From the NCBI GenBank assembly GCA_045863475.1, contig BTUR01000002.1, positions 410 through 64,409 of the forward strand: DNA of 64,000 nt, read 5' to 3'. Source of the stretch: Candidatus Campbellbacteria bacterium (GTDB lineage Bacteria > Patescibacteriota > Minisyncoccia > Phycocordibacterales > EsbW-18). Of this stretch, positions 35,973 to 46,017 are shown piece by piece. Positions within the stretch are counted from its first letter, which is position 1; every line of letters starts with the position of its first letter. A model generated the notes under the pieces. The model made no database searches and was not told the origin of the DNA. It saw nothing but the letters and a program-made list of their open reading frames with translations. The position numbers and the translations under genes are program-made.

Positions 35973-37677
35973 TCGCACAAAGACCGTTGTTCACGATATT
36001 GCACCGGATGAAATATTTCTGGATGCGCACAACCTGCCGCATTTCAACCGCGATCAGTTCGAAGGAAAGATTGAGAAGCCTATTTCGCGCCGTGCGCTCT
36101 TTCTGTTCTCTATGTCACTGTGTCTGCTCGGCATGGTTGCCATCGGGCGCGTTTTTTTTCTACAGGTGGTGCAGGGCGAGTCGTACGCGCTCCATGCGCG
36201 GAACAACTGGCTTGATGAAGAGATTATCTTCTCACAGCGCGGACTAATTCTGGACCGCACGGGGGAGAAGCTCGCGTGGAACGAATCACGAATCGGCACG
36301 ACGACAGGCGAGGAGGCGGAGGACACGTTTCCGTTTCGCCGTTATGACCCGCATCCGGCACTCTCGCACATTCTCGGCTATGTTCGTTATCCGCAAAAAG
36401 ACCGTAACGGTAACTACTTCCAGGACGCGGTTGTGGGTGTTGAAGGGCTCGAGCGCGTCTATGACGACACGCTCTCCGGCGCGCAGGGACACGTTATTAC
36501 CGAGCGTGATGCGCTGAATACCGTCGTGTCACAGTCAACGATTGATACGCCCGTTGACGGGCAACCACTGCAACTGACGATTGATGCGCGGCTGCAGAAA
36601 GCGCTGTATGACTTTGCGGAAGAACTCTCCAAGGACGTCGGATTCTCGGGAGGTGCGGGTGTTGTCATTGACGTTGCCACGGGCGAGCTCATCGTTTCCA
36701 TGAGCATGCCCGGATACGACCCGAATGTGCTTGCAGACGCGTCCGACTCTGACGCGGTCCAGGCATACCTGGATGACCCGCAGGTGCCGTTTCTCAATCG
36801 CGCCGTCGGCGGTCTCTACACGCCCGGTTCCATTCTCAAACCGTTCTTTGCCATCGGTGCGCTTGCAGAAGGTATCGTGACGCCGGAAAAAGAATTTTAC
36901 AGCGACGGCGCACTGCGCGTGCCAAATCCATATAACCCGGACCAACCGACAATTTTCAAAGACTGGAAAGCGCACGGATGGGTTGATATGCGTCGCGCGC
37001 TTGCGGTGTCGTCCAACGTGTACTTCATGACCATCGGCGGCGGTTTCGGCGACCAAAAAGGTTTAGGTATTCAAAACATCGAGAAGTATGTGCGGATGTT
37101 TACTATTGCTCAGAAGACCGGCGTTGATATTCCCGGTGAAGTTGAAGGTGTCATTCCGAGCATCGCATGGAAGAAAAAGCTATTTCCTGATGATCCATGG
37201 CGGCTCGGTGACACGTACAACAGTTCTATCGGTCAGTACGGTTTTCAGGCAACACCACTGCAGATGGCGCGTGCGGTGGCGATGATTGCCAACGGCGGAC
37301 TCACCGTTGTTCCGCACGCGCACGCAGACACCACCGTCGTTCCTGTCGGCACCATCCCCATCTCTCAAGAGGTGTTTCAGGTCGTACGCGAAGGTATGAG
37401 GGCGTCGGTGCTTGATGGTACGGCGCGTGCGTTGAATGTCCCGTACGTCAACATTGCCGGAAAAACCGGCACCGCGGAACTCGGTGTGTCCAAGGAAAAG
37501 GTCAACTCGTGGATTATGGGATTCTGGCCGTATGAGAATCCTCGGTACGCGTTTGCAATGGTCATGGAGAAAGGACCGGTGACAAACCTTATCGGTTCGG
37601 CGTCAGTCATGCGTCGATTTTTCGACTGGATGCACCAGAATGCCCCCGAGTATCTTGACACGTCGGCGGGAGCGTAG
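35959..37677 (+). CDS. mrdA: Penicillin-binding protein 2
   Basis: RG.I.DR, PGSILK (SxxK), SSN, KTG. Confidence 0.92.
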   Translation: MRIFNRTKTVVHDIAPDEIFLDAHNLPHFNRDQFEGKIEKPISRRALFLFSMSLCLLGMVAIGRVFFLQVVQGESYALHARNNWLDEEIIFSQRGLILDRTGEKLAWNESRIGTTTGEEAEDTFPFRRYDPHPALSHILGYVRYPQKDRNGNYFQDAVVGVEGLERVYDDTLSGAQGHVITERDALNTVVSQSTIDTPVDGQPLQLTIDARLQKALYDFAEELSKDVGFSGGAGVVIDVATGELIVSMSMPGYDPNVLADASDSDAVQAYLDDPQVPFLNRAVGGLYTPGSILKPFFAIGALAEGIVTPEKEFYSDGALRVPNPYNPDQPTIFKDWKAHGWVDMRRALAVSSNVYFMTIGGGFGDQKGLGIQNIEKYVRMFTIAQKTGVDIPGEVEGVIPSIAWKKKLFPDDPWRLGDTYNSSIGQYGFQATPLQMARAVAMIANGGLTVVPHAHADTTVVPVGTIPISQEVFQVVREGMRASVLDGTARALNVPYVNIAGKTGTAELGVSKEKVNSWIMGFWPYENPRYAFAMVMEKGPVTNLIGSASVMRRFFDWMHQNAPEYLDTSAGA

Positions 37678-37724
37678 CTCTCCACTTGTGCGCCTTCATC
37701 TTTGCGTGTATAGTGCTTGCCAAT

Positions 37725-38195
37725 ATGGGAGAGGATAAGCAGTATCTGACCGAAGCAAAATACAACGAGCTCAAAAATGAGCTTGATTTTTTAATTACAA
37801 CGCACCGCAACGAAGTCGCGCGTCAGCTTGAAACCGCACGCGCATTCGGTGACCTCTCTGAGAACGCGGAGTACCAGGAAGCGCGTCAGGAGCAGGGCAA
37901 AACGGAGTCGCGTATCAAATATCTCGCAGGCCTCCTTAAGAAAGCGGAAATCGTAAAAATACATCACAGCAGTGACGTTGAGGTAGGTTCAACGGTCACA
38001 CTTCAGAAAGCAGGGGAAAAAGAGAAGAAGGAATTTAGCATCGTGGGTTCTGAAGAGGCGGACACGGCAACAGGCCGTATCTCGTCGCACTCACCTCTGG
38101 GTCACGCACTCTTGGGTAAAAAGAAAGGGGAGACATTTACGTTTACAACGCCGTCCGGCAAAACGGTTGAGTATACCGTTGTTTCCATAGACTAG
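37725..38195 (+). CDS. greA: Transcription elongation factor GreA
   Basis: GDLSENAEY, IS..SPLG.ALLG. Confidence 0.96.
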   Translation: MGEDKQYLTEAKYNELKNELDFLITTHRNEVARQLETARAFGDLSENAEYQEARQEQGKTESRIKYLAGLLKKAEIVKIHHSSDVEVGSTVTLQKAGEKEKKEFSIVGSEEADTATGRISSHSPLGHALLGKKKGETFTFTTPSGKTVEYTVVSID

Positions 38196-38251
38196 CCCGA
38201 CTGAGGACCTTCGTGTAGCATAGAGGTACAGCTTTTCGCTGTATCTCTATC

Positions 38252-39700
38252 ATGTCTTTGGAAGATATTCGGAACGAACGATTGAAGAAACTCGCACTGC
38301 TGAAAGAGCAGGGCATAAATCCGTATCCGGCAACGTCACGTCGCACGACAACCATCAGCAATCTCCTTGAGGGCTTTGATGGGAAAGTTGACGGTGCTTC
38401 CGTGACCATCGCAGGTCGCGTTATGTCCATCCGCGAACATGGCGGAACTATTTTTTGTGATTTGTATGACGGCACCGGAAAAATTCAGGGATATCTGAAA
38501 GAAGACGAACTCGGCGAGCACTTTGCGTCGTTTGGCCACACGGTCGACATCGGTGACTTCATTGACCTCTCCGGAACACCGACGAAAACGAAACGAGGTG
38601 AGAACAGCGTCTTGGCGTCATCGTGGACGATGCTCTCGAAGTCCTTGCGCACGCTTCCGGAGAAGTGGGTGGGTATTACCGACCCGGAGGAACGTCTGCG
38701 CCGTCGTTACCTTGATATTCTCTCCAACGAAGAGGCACGACGCATCGTTGAAAAACGATCCGTTTTTTGGAACAGCATGCGCACGTTTTTCCTTTCCCGC
38801 GGATACACGGAGGTGGAAACACCGGTGCTTGAAACCGTAACCGGCGGCGCCGAAGCCCGGCCGTTTGTTACACACCACAACGCGCTTGATATTGATGTGT
38901 TTTTGCGCATTTCAGCGGGAGAATTGTGGCAGAAGAAACTTATGGTTGCCGGCATTCCGAAAACCTTTGAAATCGGACGCATTTTTCGCAATGAAGGCAT
39001 GTCCGCAGAACACCTGCAGGATTACACCCAGATGGAGAGCTACGAAGCGTATGCGGATTTTGAAACGGGTATGCAGCTCGTGCAGGATTTGTATCGGACG
39101 GTTGCACAAGAGACATTCGGAACGACGACATTTACCATCGGTGAATTCAGCGTTGATTTGAATGGCGAGTGGCCGAAGCTTCACTTCTGCGAACTTATAG
39201 AGAAGGAATACGGCATTGACCCGCGAACCGTGTCAGAGAAAGAGGCGATTGCGCTGTATAAAAAAACACACCCGAAGATGCCTGTTCCTGAGACAAAGGA
39301 GCGCGCAGTAGACGGTCTCTGGAAAAATATTCGCAAGACCATCGGCGGTCCCGCATTCCTTATCGGTGTTCCGGTATATCTTGAACCGCTTGCAAAACGC
39401 TCACGAGATGACGACGCGACGGTGGAGCGCTTCCAGGTCATTCTTGCCGGCTCCGAAATGGGGAAGGGATTTTCTGAACTTAACGACCCGATTGACCAGC
39501 GGGAGCGATTCCTCCACCAACAGTCACTGCGGGACCGCGGTGATGAGGAGGCGCAGATGGCGGATCTCGAATATGTTGAAGCGATGGAATACGGCATGCC
39601 GCCGACCTTCGGTTTCGGTGTCTCCGAGCGCCTATTCAGCTTTCTGATGAATCTATCCGTCCGAGAAGGCCAGATTTTCCCGCTCATGCGGCCCCGATAA
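38252..39700 (+). CDS. lysS: Lysyl-tRNA synthetase, class II
   Basis: GGAEARPF.THHN, FRNEG, ELNDP..Q, YGMPPT.G. Confidence 0.97.
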   Translation: MSLEDIRNERLKKLALLKEQGINPYPATSRRTTTISNLLEGFDGKVDGASVTIAGRVMSIREHGGTIFCDLYDGTGKIQGYLKEDELGEHFASFGHTVDIGDFIDLSGTPTKTKRGENSVLASSWTMLSKSLRTLPEKWVGITDPEERLRRRYLDILSNEEARRIVEKRSVFWNSMRTFFLSRGYTEVETPVLETVTGGAEARPFVTHHNALDIDVFLRISAGELWQKKLMVAGIPKTFEIGRIFRNEGMSAEHLQDYTQMESYEAYADFETGMQLVQDLYRTVAQETFGTTTFTIGEFSVDLNGEWPKLHFCELIEKEYGIDPRTVSEKEAIALYKKTHPKMPVPETKERAVDGLWKNIRKTIGGPAFLIGVPVYLEPLAKRSRDDDATVERFQVILAGSEMGKGFSELNDPIDQRERFLHQQSLRDRGDEEAQMADLEYVEAMEYGMPPTFGFGVSERLFSFLMNLSVREGQIFPLMRPR

Positions 39701-39705
39701 GGACT

Positions 39706-40419
39706 ATGAAAGATAAGACGCTAGCTTCTGTAATCATCGGTGTGGGTGTACTGGTGGGTCTTGTAATTTTTCTTGGAGACGAGTTTTCAAAGGCACGGCG
39801 ATTTGCACGGCTAGAGAGTGAATGGGAGGGATTGTTGTTGGAACAGACGACAGGTTCTCAAGTAGGAGGGAACAAAAAAGAGAAAGAAAATTATGAGCGG
39901 AAATTAGCTGAATCTAAGGACGGTATTTTTTCAGACGGGGTAGAGGTGGGCATAAGACTCCCTCGGGAAAGTTTTTCTCCGGAGGGAAATTTTCGCTACC
40001 ATATTGAGTGTAAACCAGACACGGATTCATGCGGAGGGTTTGTTACGGACCTTCGTAAGAATGTAAGCGTTTTCGTTCCGACATTCCAAACACTTGCCTG
40101 GTATGAAGAAGAATATCTTGTCGGGTTGCCCACACTGATGGGTGGGAGCCAAGGACTTTTCTTTGTTCCGCTTGGTGAAATGGAGAAGTTGGAACAGTTT
40201 CAATCCCTTCAAGAGCATTTTGGGTTTTTTCAGCAGGCTTTTCAAATAAGCAACACCGCGTACAGTCCGGAGCGCGCTTTTATAAAAAACGTCAATTTGG
40301 TTTCGGATGGTGTGTACTATACTCGCTTCTACCCAGAATTGGGGAGGTTTTCAGATAGTTTTTATGACAGGGGATTACGTCGCTCGACCATGATCGCTGA
40401 CCAGGGGGAAAGCTACTAA
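39706..40419 (+). CDS. Hypothetical membrane-anchored protein (AT-rich)
   Basis: 237-aa ORF, N-terminal TM helix, terminator 40428-40470. Confidence 0.7.
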   Translation: MKDKTLASVIIGVGVLVGLVIFLGDEFSKARRFARLESEWEGLLLEQTTGSQVGGNKKEKENYERKLAESKDGIFSDGVEVGIRLPRESFSPEGNFRYHIECKPDTDSCGGFVTDLRKNVSVFVPTFQTLAWYEEEYLVGLPTLMGGSQGLFFVPLGEMEKLEQFQSLQEHFGFFQQAFQISNTAYSPERAFIKNVNLVSDGVYYTRFYPELGRFSDSFYDRGLRRSTMIADQGESY

Positions 40420-40500
40420 ACAGGCTCAAAAACACCCCCGCCCGTAGACATACGGGCGGGGGTGTTTTGTACTCATAAAAGTGGATAAAAGTGCTTGATG

Positions 40501-40547
40501 GTGGGATAGGGTGGGGTAAAATAATAGTCATGTGGGACAAAGTGGGA
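40501..40547 (+). promoter_or_regulatory. MraZ-binding repeats in the dcw promoter
   Basis: GTGGG at 40501, 40511, 40532 and 40542 (10-nt period) around a TAAAAT -10. Confidence 0.8.
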
Positions 40548-40616
40548 AACGACACTTTGTCGTTTCCCCTGTGTCCAAAAATGTTTACTGCAGGTCGTTC
40601 CTCATCTTTATCCATC

Positions 40617-41051
40617 ATGCTCATCGGCGAATACAAACATACGCTCGACGACAAGAAGCGACTTTCACTTCCGGTGAAGTTCCGTCAGGAACTCGGAAAG
40701 AAAATTGTCGTGACGCGTGGTCTTGAAGGATGTCTGTTTGTGTATTCGCAGAAAGAGTGGAAGGCGATAGCAGAGCAGCTTAAATCCTTGGGCATGGGCC
40801 AACAGGGCACGAGAGGATTTGCGCGCTTTATGCTTGCTGGCGCATCGGAGGTGGACGTGGATTCTGCGGGACGCATGTTGATACCGGATTTCTTGAGAGA
40901 CTTCGCGGAGCTGAAGGGAAAGGTGGTATTCGCGGGTGTTGCCTCGCGGGTTGAAATCTGGAATGAGCGTCAGTGGGATGCCTACACGCGACGCATTGAG
41001 AAAGAGGCCGATGTTCTCGCCGAGCAGCTCGGAGGAGTCGGCGCGATTTAG
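40617..41051 (+). CDS. mraZ: Transcriptional regulator MraZ
   Basis: GEY.H.LD.K.R, D..GR..IP, R.EIW. Confidence 0.96.
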   Translation: MLIGEYKHTLDDKKRLSLPVKFRQELGKKIVVTRGLEGCLFVYSQKEWKAIAEQLKSLGMGQQGTRGFARFMLAGASEVDVDSAGRMLIPDFLRDFAELKGKVVFAGVASRVEIWNERQWDAYTRRIEKEADVLAEQLGGVGAI

Positions 41052-41057
41052 AGAGGC

Positions 41058-41942
41058 ATGCACATTCCTGTTCTTTTACAAGAAGTGATCGACGGTTTGG
41101 CGATTGCCTCCGGCGACACCCTCATTGACGCGACGGTCGGCGGCGGCGGGTACACCCGAGCGCTGTGCGAGAAAGTCGGCGGCAAAGGAGTGGTCGTGGG
41201 ATTTGACCAAGACGGCGATGCAATTGCGCGTGCGCAAGCACTGCTTGTCGATGTTCCCTGTACGCTTCATCTCGTGTGTGCGAATTTTCGAGAGATGCGC
41301 GCCGAGCTCCAGAAGCTGGGCATACAGCACATCGACGGTGCAGCATTCGACCTCGGGTTCTCAAGCAATCAACTTGAGGAGTCGGGAAGAGGGTTCAGCT
41401 TTCTTGCAGACGAACCTCTTCACATGGCGCTTGCGACCGACAAGAAAAAAGTACCGTTTACCGCACGCGACATCGTGAACGAGTGGAACGAGGAAGATAT
41501 TGCCAATGTCGTATTCGGGTACGGAGAAGAACGCTACGCGCGCCGCATCGCAAAAGCAATTGTTGAGGCGCGGCAGGGTGAAGAAATCGCGACGACGAAT
41601 CAATTAGTCGCGATTATCAAGAACGCGGTTCCCGGACGATACAGAACCGGCGCGATTCACCCGGCGACACGAACGTTCCAGGCACTGCGCATTGCGGTCA
41701 ACGACGAGCTCAATGCTCTCCGAGAGGGACTGGAAGCGGCGTATGAGATGCTTTCTCCCGGAAAACGAATCGCCGTTGTCTCATTTCACAGTCTCGAGGA
41801 TCGCATCGTCAAAGAATTTTCGAAAGAAAAAGAGAAAGACGGGGCGGTGCGGGTGACGAAGAAGCCCATAACACCAAGCGAAGCAGAGATTCGGAGCAAT
41901 CCACGGTCACGTTCAGCAAAACTGCGCATCTTACAAAAATAA
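41058..41942 (+). CDS. rsmH: 16S rRNA m4C1402 methyltransferase
   Basis: HIPVLL, DLGFSS.Q, FQALRIAVN, FHSLEDR, NPRSRSAKLR. Confidence 0.97.
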   Translation: MHIPVLLQEVIDGLAIASGDTLIDATVGGGGYTRALCEKVGGKGVVVGFDQDGDAIARAQALLVDVPCTLHLVCANFREMRAELQKLGIQHIDGAAFDLGFSSNQLEESGRGFSFLADEPLHMALATDKKKVPFTARDIVNEWNEEDIANVVFGYGEERYARRIAKAIVEARQGEEIATTNQLVAIIKNAVPGRYRTGAIHPATRTFQALRIAVNDELNALREGLEAAYEMLSPGKRIAVVSFHSLEDRIVKEFSKEKEKDGAVRVTKKPITPSEAEIRSNPRSRSAKLRILQK

Positions 41943-41958
41943 CTTTTATACAATACCT

Positions 41959-42276
41959 ATGGTACGAGAACTCCTACAACTCAATACGTTTCACAAAAAG
42001 GCGATTACCGCCTTGTTCGGTGTTCTCGTAATGCTTTTGTTTGCGTACGGACTGCTCATGTCCCGTGTCATTTTGCAGGTTATGGCACGCAACGATATTG
42101 AGCGCTCAATCGCGGGCGCTACCGCAGATATCGCGTTTTTGGAGTCTGAATACATGAAGATGGCTGACTCATTGACGCTTGCGCGAGCGCACGAGCTCGG
42201 TTTTGTTGATACACACGTCTCATTGTTCGTTTCGCGCCGCGCAGACGCGTTCTCTTTCCGTACCAACGCCGAATAA
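41959..42276 (+). CDS. FtsL-like cell division protein
   Basis: TM helix, coiled coil and A..LGF; lies between rsmH and ftsI. Confidence 0.65.
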   Translation: MVRELLQLNTFHKKAITALFGVLVMLLFAYGLLMSRVILQVMARNDIERSIAGATADIAFLESEYMKMADSLTLARAHELGFVDTHVSLFVSRRADAFSFRTNAE

Positions 42277-42282
42277 CCCTGC

Positions 42283-44010
42283 ATGAAGAGCGATACGCAT
42301 CACAGAAGGATCCACTTCCTCTTCGGGGTTTTTTTCGTCATCGCACTTGTTTTTATCGGCAAACTGTACCTCGTACAGATTGTGCAACATGATTCATGGG
42401 ACGATCGCGCCGATCGGCAATTCTCACTACCCTCAGGAAGAATTTTTGATCGCGGCACTATCTTTTTTCAAGACAAGGCAGGTGAACGCATATCAGCCGC
42501 AACACTTGCGTCCGGTTTAACGCTTGCCATACTGCCGGACAAACTCGAAGACCCAAGCGACGCGTACGACAAACTCTCCGCAATCGTTGCAATTGACAAA
42601 GATGAGTTCATGGAAAAAGCTGCGAAGAAAGGAGACCCGTATGAAATGATTACGCGGCGCATTGATGCAGAAGATGCAGAACAGATACTGTCTCTTGGTA
42701 TCGGCGGCGTCGTCTTGGAGAAGGAACGCTGGAGGTTGTACCCGGGAGACGAGCGCGCCGCAAACACCATCGGCTTTGTCGGTTTCGATGGGGATGACCT
42801 CGTCGGACGGTACGGACTTGAACAGTTTTACGAAGAGGTGTTGCAGCGTCGGGACGAGAAACTCTACAAGAATATTTTTGTTGAGGTGTTTTCCGGTGTT
42901 CAGGATGTCGCGAAAGCGCGAGAGAACGAAGCGCGCGGCGACGTGGTCACCTCTATCGAACCGAACGTGCAGAGTTACCTTGAAGGATTGCTCACCGGGC
43001 TTAACGAAGAACTTTCTCCACGATCGCTCGGCGGTGTCATTATGGACCCGATGACGGGAGAGATAGTTGCACTTGCCATTTTGCCGACGTTTGACCCGAA
43101 CGAATTTTATGATGTTGAAGACCCGCACGTGTTCGGCAATCCGGTCGTTGAAAGCATTTTTGAAATGGGTTCCATCATCAAACCGCTCACCATTGCCGCG
43201 GGTCTGGATGCCGGTGTGATTACGCCGCAGAGTACGTATAACGACCGCGGATTCGTTGAAGCAAACGGAAGAACAATTTGGAACCATGACGCAAAAGGCC
43301 GCGGACCGGGAACGTCCATACAGACGGTACTCGGTGAATCACTTAACACGGGTGTTGCACATATCGTCTCATTACTCGGCAATAAAAAGTTTGCCGACTA
43401 CATGCGAGCCTACGGGCTGGACCAGGAAACAGGCATTGACCTTCCCGGAGAGGTGCGGGGCAAACTGGGCAACCTCGACACGTCGCGTGACATCGAGTAC
43501 ATTACCGCCTCGTACGGACAGGGTATCGCACTAACACCGATTGCCACTGTTCGTGCGCTTGCCGCACTGGGCAACGGCGGCAAGCTCGTTGTGCCGCACA
43601 TAGCCACCGAAACGATAAGTGATCTTGGGATAGCAAAAACACTGACCCGTTCGGGAGAAAAGCAGGTGCTCTCTCCGGAGACAAGTGAAACCATTACACG
43701 GATGCTCGTTGAGGTTGTGGACAAGTATCTTCTGGGCGGTACGATTAAGAAGGACAACTACGCGATAGCAGCAAAGACGGGAACGGCACAGGTAACGAAT
43801 CCGGCGACGGGCAAGTACTACGAAGACCGATTTTTCCACTCGTTCTTCGGCTACTTCCCGGCGTATAACCCACGCTTCATTATCTTTTTCTACGCCGATG
43901 ACCCGAAGGGGACGAACTTCGCATCGCAGACATTCACGCTTCCGTTCCGAGATACTGTTGATTTTCTCATCAATTACTACGAGATTCCGCCTGACCGACA
44001 ACAACAATGA
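42283..44010 (+). CDS. ftsI: Division transpeptidase FtsI/PBP3
   Basis: RG.I, EMGSIIK, SLN, KTGTAQ; dcw context. Confidence 0.9.
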   Translation: MKSDTHHRRIHFLFGVFFVIALVFIGKLYLVQIVQHDSWDDRADRQFSLPSGRIFDRGTIFFQDKAGERISAATLASGLTLAILPDKLEDPSDAYDKLSAIVAIDKDEFMEKAAKKGDPYEMITRRIDAEDAEQILSLGIGGVVLEKERWRLYPGDERAANTIGFVGFDGDDLVGRYGLEQFYEEVLQRRDEKLYKNIFVEVFSGVQDVAKARENEARGDVVTSIEPNVQSYLEGLLTGLNEELSPRSLGGVIMDPMTGEIVALAILPTFDPNEFYDVEDPHVFGNPVVESIFEMGSIIKPLTIAAGLDAGVITPQSTYNDRGFVEANGRTIWNHDAKGRGPGTSIQTVLGESLNTGVAHIVSLLGNKKFADYMRAYGLDQETGIDLPGEVRGKLGNLDTSRDIEYITASYGQGIALTPIATVRALAALGNGGKLVVPHIATETISDLGIAKTLTRSGEKQVLSPETSETITRMLVEVVDKYLLGGTIKKDNYAIAAKTGTAQVTNPATGKYYEDRFFHSFFGYFPAYNPRFIIFFYADDPKGTNFASQTFTLPFRDTVDFLINYYEIPPDRQQQ

Positions 44011-45290
44011 GGTCGTTCTACAAAAAAATAATCGTTGCACTCCTTTTCTTTGAAGCTAAAGTAGCGCTGTGGATGCACCGACCGCGTATTGTCGGCGTCA
44101 CCGGTTCCGTCGGTAAGACATCAACGAAAGATGCCATTGCAAGTGTGGCGCGTCAGCTCGGGAGCACCCGCGCAAGCGCAAAAAGCTACAACTCCGAACT
44201 CGGACTCCCGCTTACCATTTTGGGTCTGGAAACGGCGTGGGGAAGCGTGTTCGGGTGGGCTCGAAATCTTATTCGTGGTCTGTTTTCGGCAATTTTCTCT
44301 TTTTCGTATCCAAAACTGCTCGTCCTTGAACTCGGAGTGGACCATCCTGGTGACATGGACCGTGCCATACGGCTGCTTTCATTGGATACGGCGGTTATCA
44401 CGCATATCGGAGAGGTGCCGGTGCACGTGGAGTTCTTCGAGTCTGCCCGCGGTGTCCTTCAGGAGAAGGCAAAAATTATACGGGGACTTTCCGAAGACAG
44501 TGTGCTTATTTTGACGTATGACGATGAACGCGTGCGGGAACTGAAAAATGAATGCAAATGCAGAGTTATCACATTCGGCAGGCAAGAAGGGGCGGATGTG
44601 CACGGTGATTACTACAACGTGATGTATGACGAGGCGGGGAGGCCCACGGGGGTGACGTTTAAGGTGCTCCATGGCGGCAACGTGGTGCCCATCGTACTCT
44701 CTGGTGTTCTTGGTAAACAAACCATGTACCCCTCACTTGCCGCTGCCGCATTCGGTATCACCCACGATTTGAATCTTGTAGAAGTCGGCGATGCGCTCTC
44801 ACAACGCGTGTTTCCGCCCGGACGCATGCGTGTTCTGGAAGGGTTGCATGGGACGACTATTATTGATGACACGTACAACGCATCCCCAATTGCGGTGCGC
44901 GAGGCACTCACCACACTCAAAGACCTCTCTGTGAAGGGAAAAAAAATTGCGGTGCTCGGCGACATGGCTGAGCTCGGTGAGCTTTCGGAACAGGCGCACG
45001 AGGACGTGGGCAGTCAGTGTGCCGGACTGGATGTACTCGTAACTGTAGGGAATCGCATGCGAGGAGCACGAGACGCGGCGAAAAGGACAGGTGTCGGGCG
45101 CATAGAGAGTTTTGAGAATGCGCGAGACGCGGGGTTGTTTGTCAAAAGTATTCTAAAAGAAGGAGACATCGTTCTTTTCAAAGGTTCACAGTCTATGCGT
45201 GTTGAGCGCGCGGTGGGAGAGATACTTGCACACCCAGAAAAGAAGCATGAGCTCCTTGTTCGGCAAGGTGGGGAATGGGGACGCCGGTAA
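44007..45290 (+). CDS. murF: UDP-MurNAc-tripeptide D-Ala-D-Ala ligase
   Basis: VTGSVGKTSTK, N..G.P, DTYNASP, GDMAELG, KGS. Confidence 0.93.
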   Translation: MRSFYKKIIVALLFFEAKVALWMHRPRIVGVTGSVGKTSTKDAIASVARQLGSTRASAKSYNSELGLPLTILGLETAWGSVFGWARNLIRGLFSAIFSFSYPKLLVLELGVDHPGDMDRAIRLLSLDTAVITHIGEVPVHVEFFESARGVLQEKAKIIRGLSEDSVLILTYDDERVRELKNECKCRVITFGRQEGADVHGDYYNVMYDEAGRPTGVTFKVLHGGNVVPIVLSGVLGKQTMYPSLAAAAFGITHDLNLVEVGDALSQRVFPPGRMRVLEGLHGTTIIDDTYNASPIAVREALTTLKDLSVKGKKIAVLGDMAELGELSEQAHEDVGSQCAGLDVLVTVGNRMRGARDAAKRTGVGRIESFENARDAGLFVKSILKEGDIVLFKGSQSMRVERAVGEILAHPEKKHELLVRQGGEWGRR

Positions 45291-45352
45291 TCCTGATTTT
45301 AAAACAAACACGGCAACCTAAAGGTTCTTAGGTTGCCGTTTCTCCATGTGGC

Positions 45353-45646
45353 CTAGCGGGTCAGGGGCCAGGACTTATCTCCGAACGTGTCAGTCCCAGT
45401 CGACCGCTCGCTTCCCGTGACGGTGGGAACGCGTTCGCGAGCGATCTCCACCATCTCGATGAAGAGGAGGTGTGCCTGGTAGTCAGGGTCGTCCTTGTCC
45501 GGGATGTCCAGGACACTCCACATCCTCAACAGCACCGGGAATGCCTTCTTGGGACCGACCTCCTTCGCGAAGACGTCGTACATCTTCTGTGCCCGCTCGC
45601 GAGTTTTCGCGAGTTCCTGGTGTACCTGGTCTGCTGTATCCGTCAT
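45353..45646 (-). CDS. Orphan protein, 97 aa (cassette)
   Basis: TTGACA-17-TATTGT, AGAAAGGAG SD, terminator 45307-45342. Confidence 0.7.
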   Translation of the reverse strand: MTDTADQVHQELAKTRERAQKMYDVFAKEVGPKKAFPVLLRMWSVLDIPDKDDPDYQAHLLFIEMVEIARERVPTVTGSERSTGTDTFGDKSWPLTR

Positions 45647-45740
45647 GGGGTATGCTCCTTTCTGGCGAGCACAATATTATAAAAAAACTATTTTGTCAAT
45701 AAACGAGCACGGCGACTCCGTACCGGAGTCGCCGTTGCGT

Positions 45741-45848
45741 TCACCCCACGACGCGCTTATAGAGCGTGTGTCCGATGGCGAACGTGAGAAGCGTTACGGA
45801 GATGCCCACCACGACAACCGTGGCCGTCAGCGTGACCCACTTTGGCAT
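45741..45848 (-). CDS. 35-aa single-TM peptide MPKWVTLTATVVVVGISVTLLTFAIGHTLYKRVVG (cassette)
   Basis: Perfect AAGGAGGT SD, hairpin 45708-45737 after stop; too short for the ORF track. Confidence 0.65.
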   Translation of the reverse strand: MPKWVTLTATVVVVGISVTLLTFAIGHTLYKRVVG

Positions 45849-45939
45849 GGCGACCTCCTTTCTTTCTGAACCCATCATTCGCCTGTACCTTGAAAAAAGC
45901 AAGTGTGACAAAAAATACGCCCCGCGGGCGTATTTTCTA

Positions 45940-46017
45940 TGGTGACCTCATCGGGATTTGAACCCGAGTTTACGCCGTGAGAGGGCGTCGTCCTGGACCA
46001 GGCTAGACGATGAGGCC
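45940..46017 (-). tRNA. tRNA-Glu(CUC)
   Basis: GGCCTCA…TGAGGTC-ACCA, ACGCC-CT CTC AC-GGCGT, GGTTCAAATCC; terminator 45910-45937. Confidence 0.95.
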
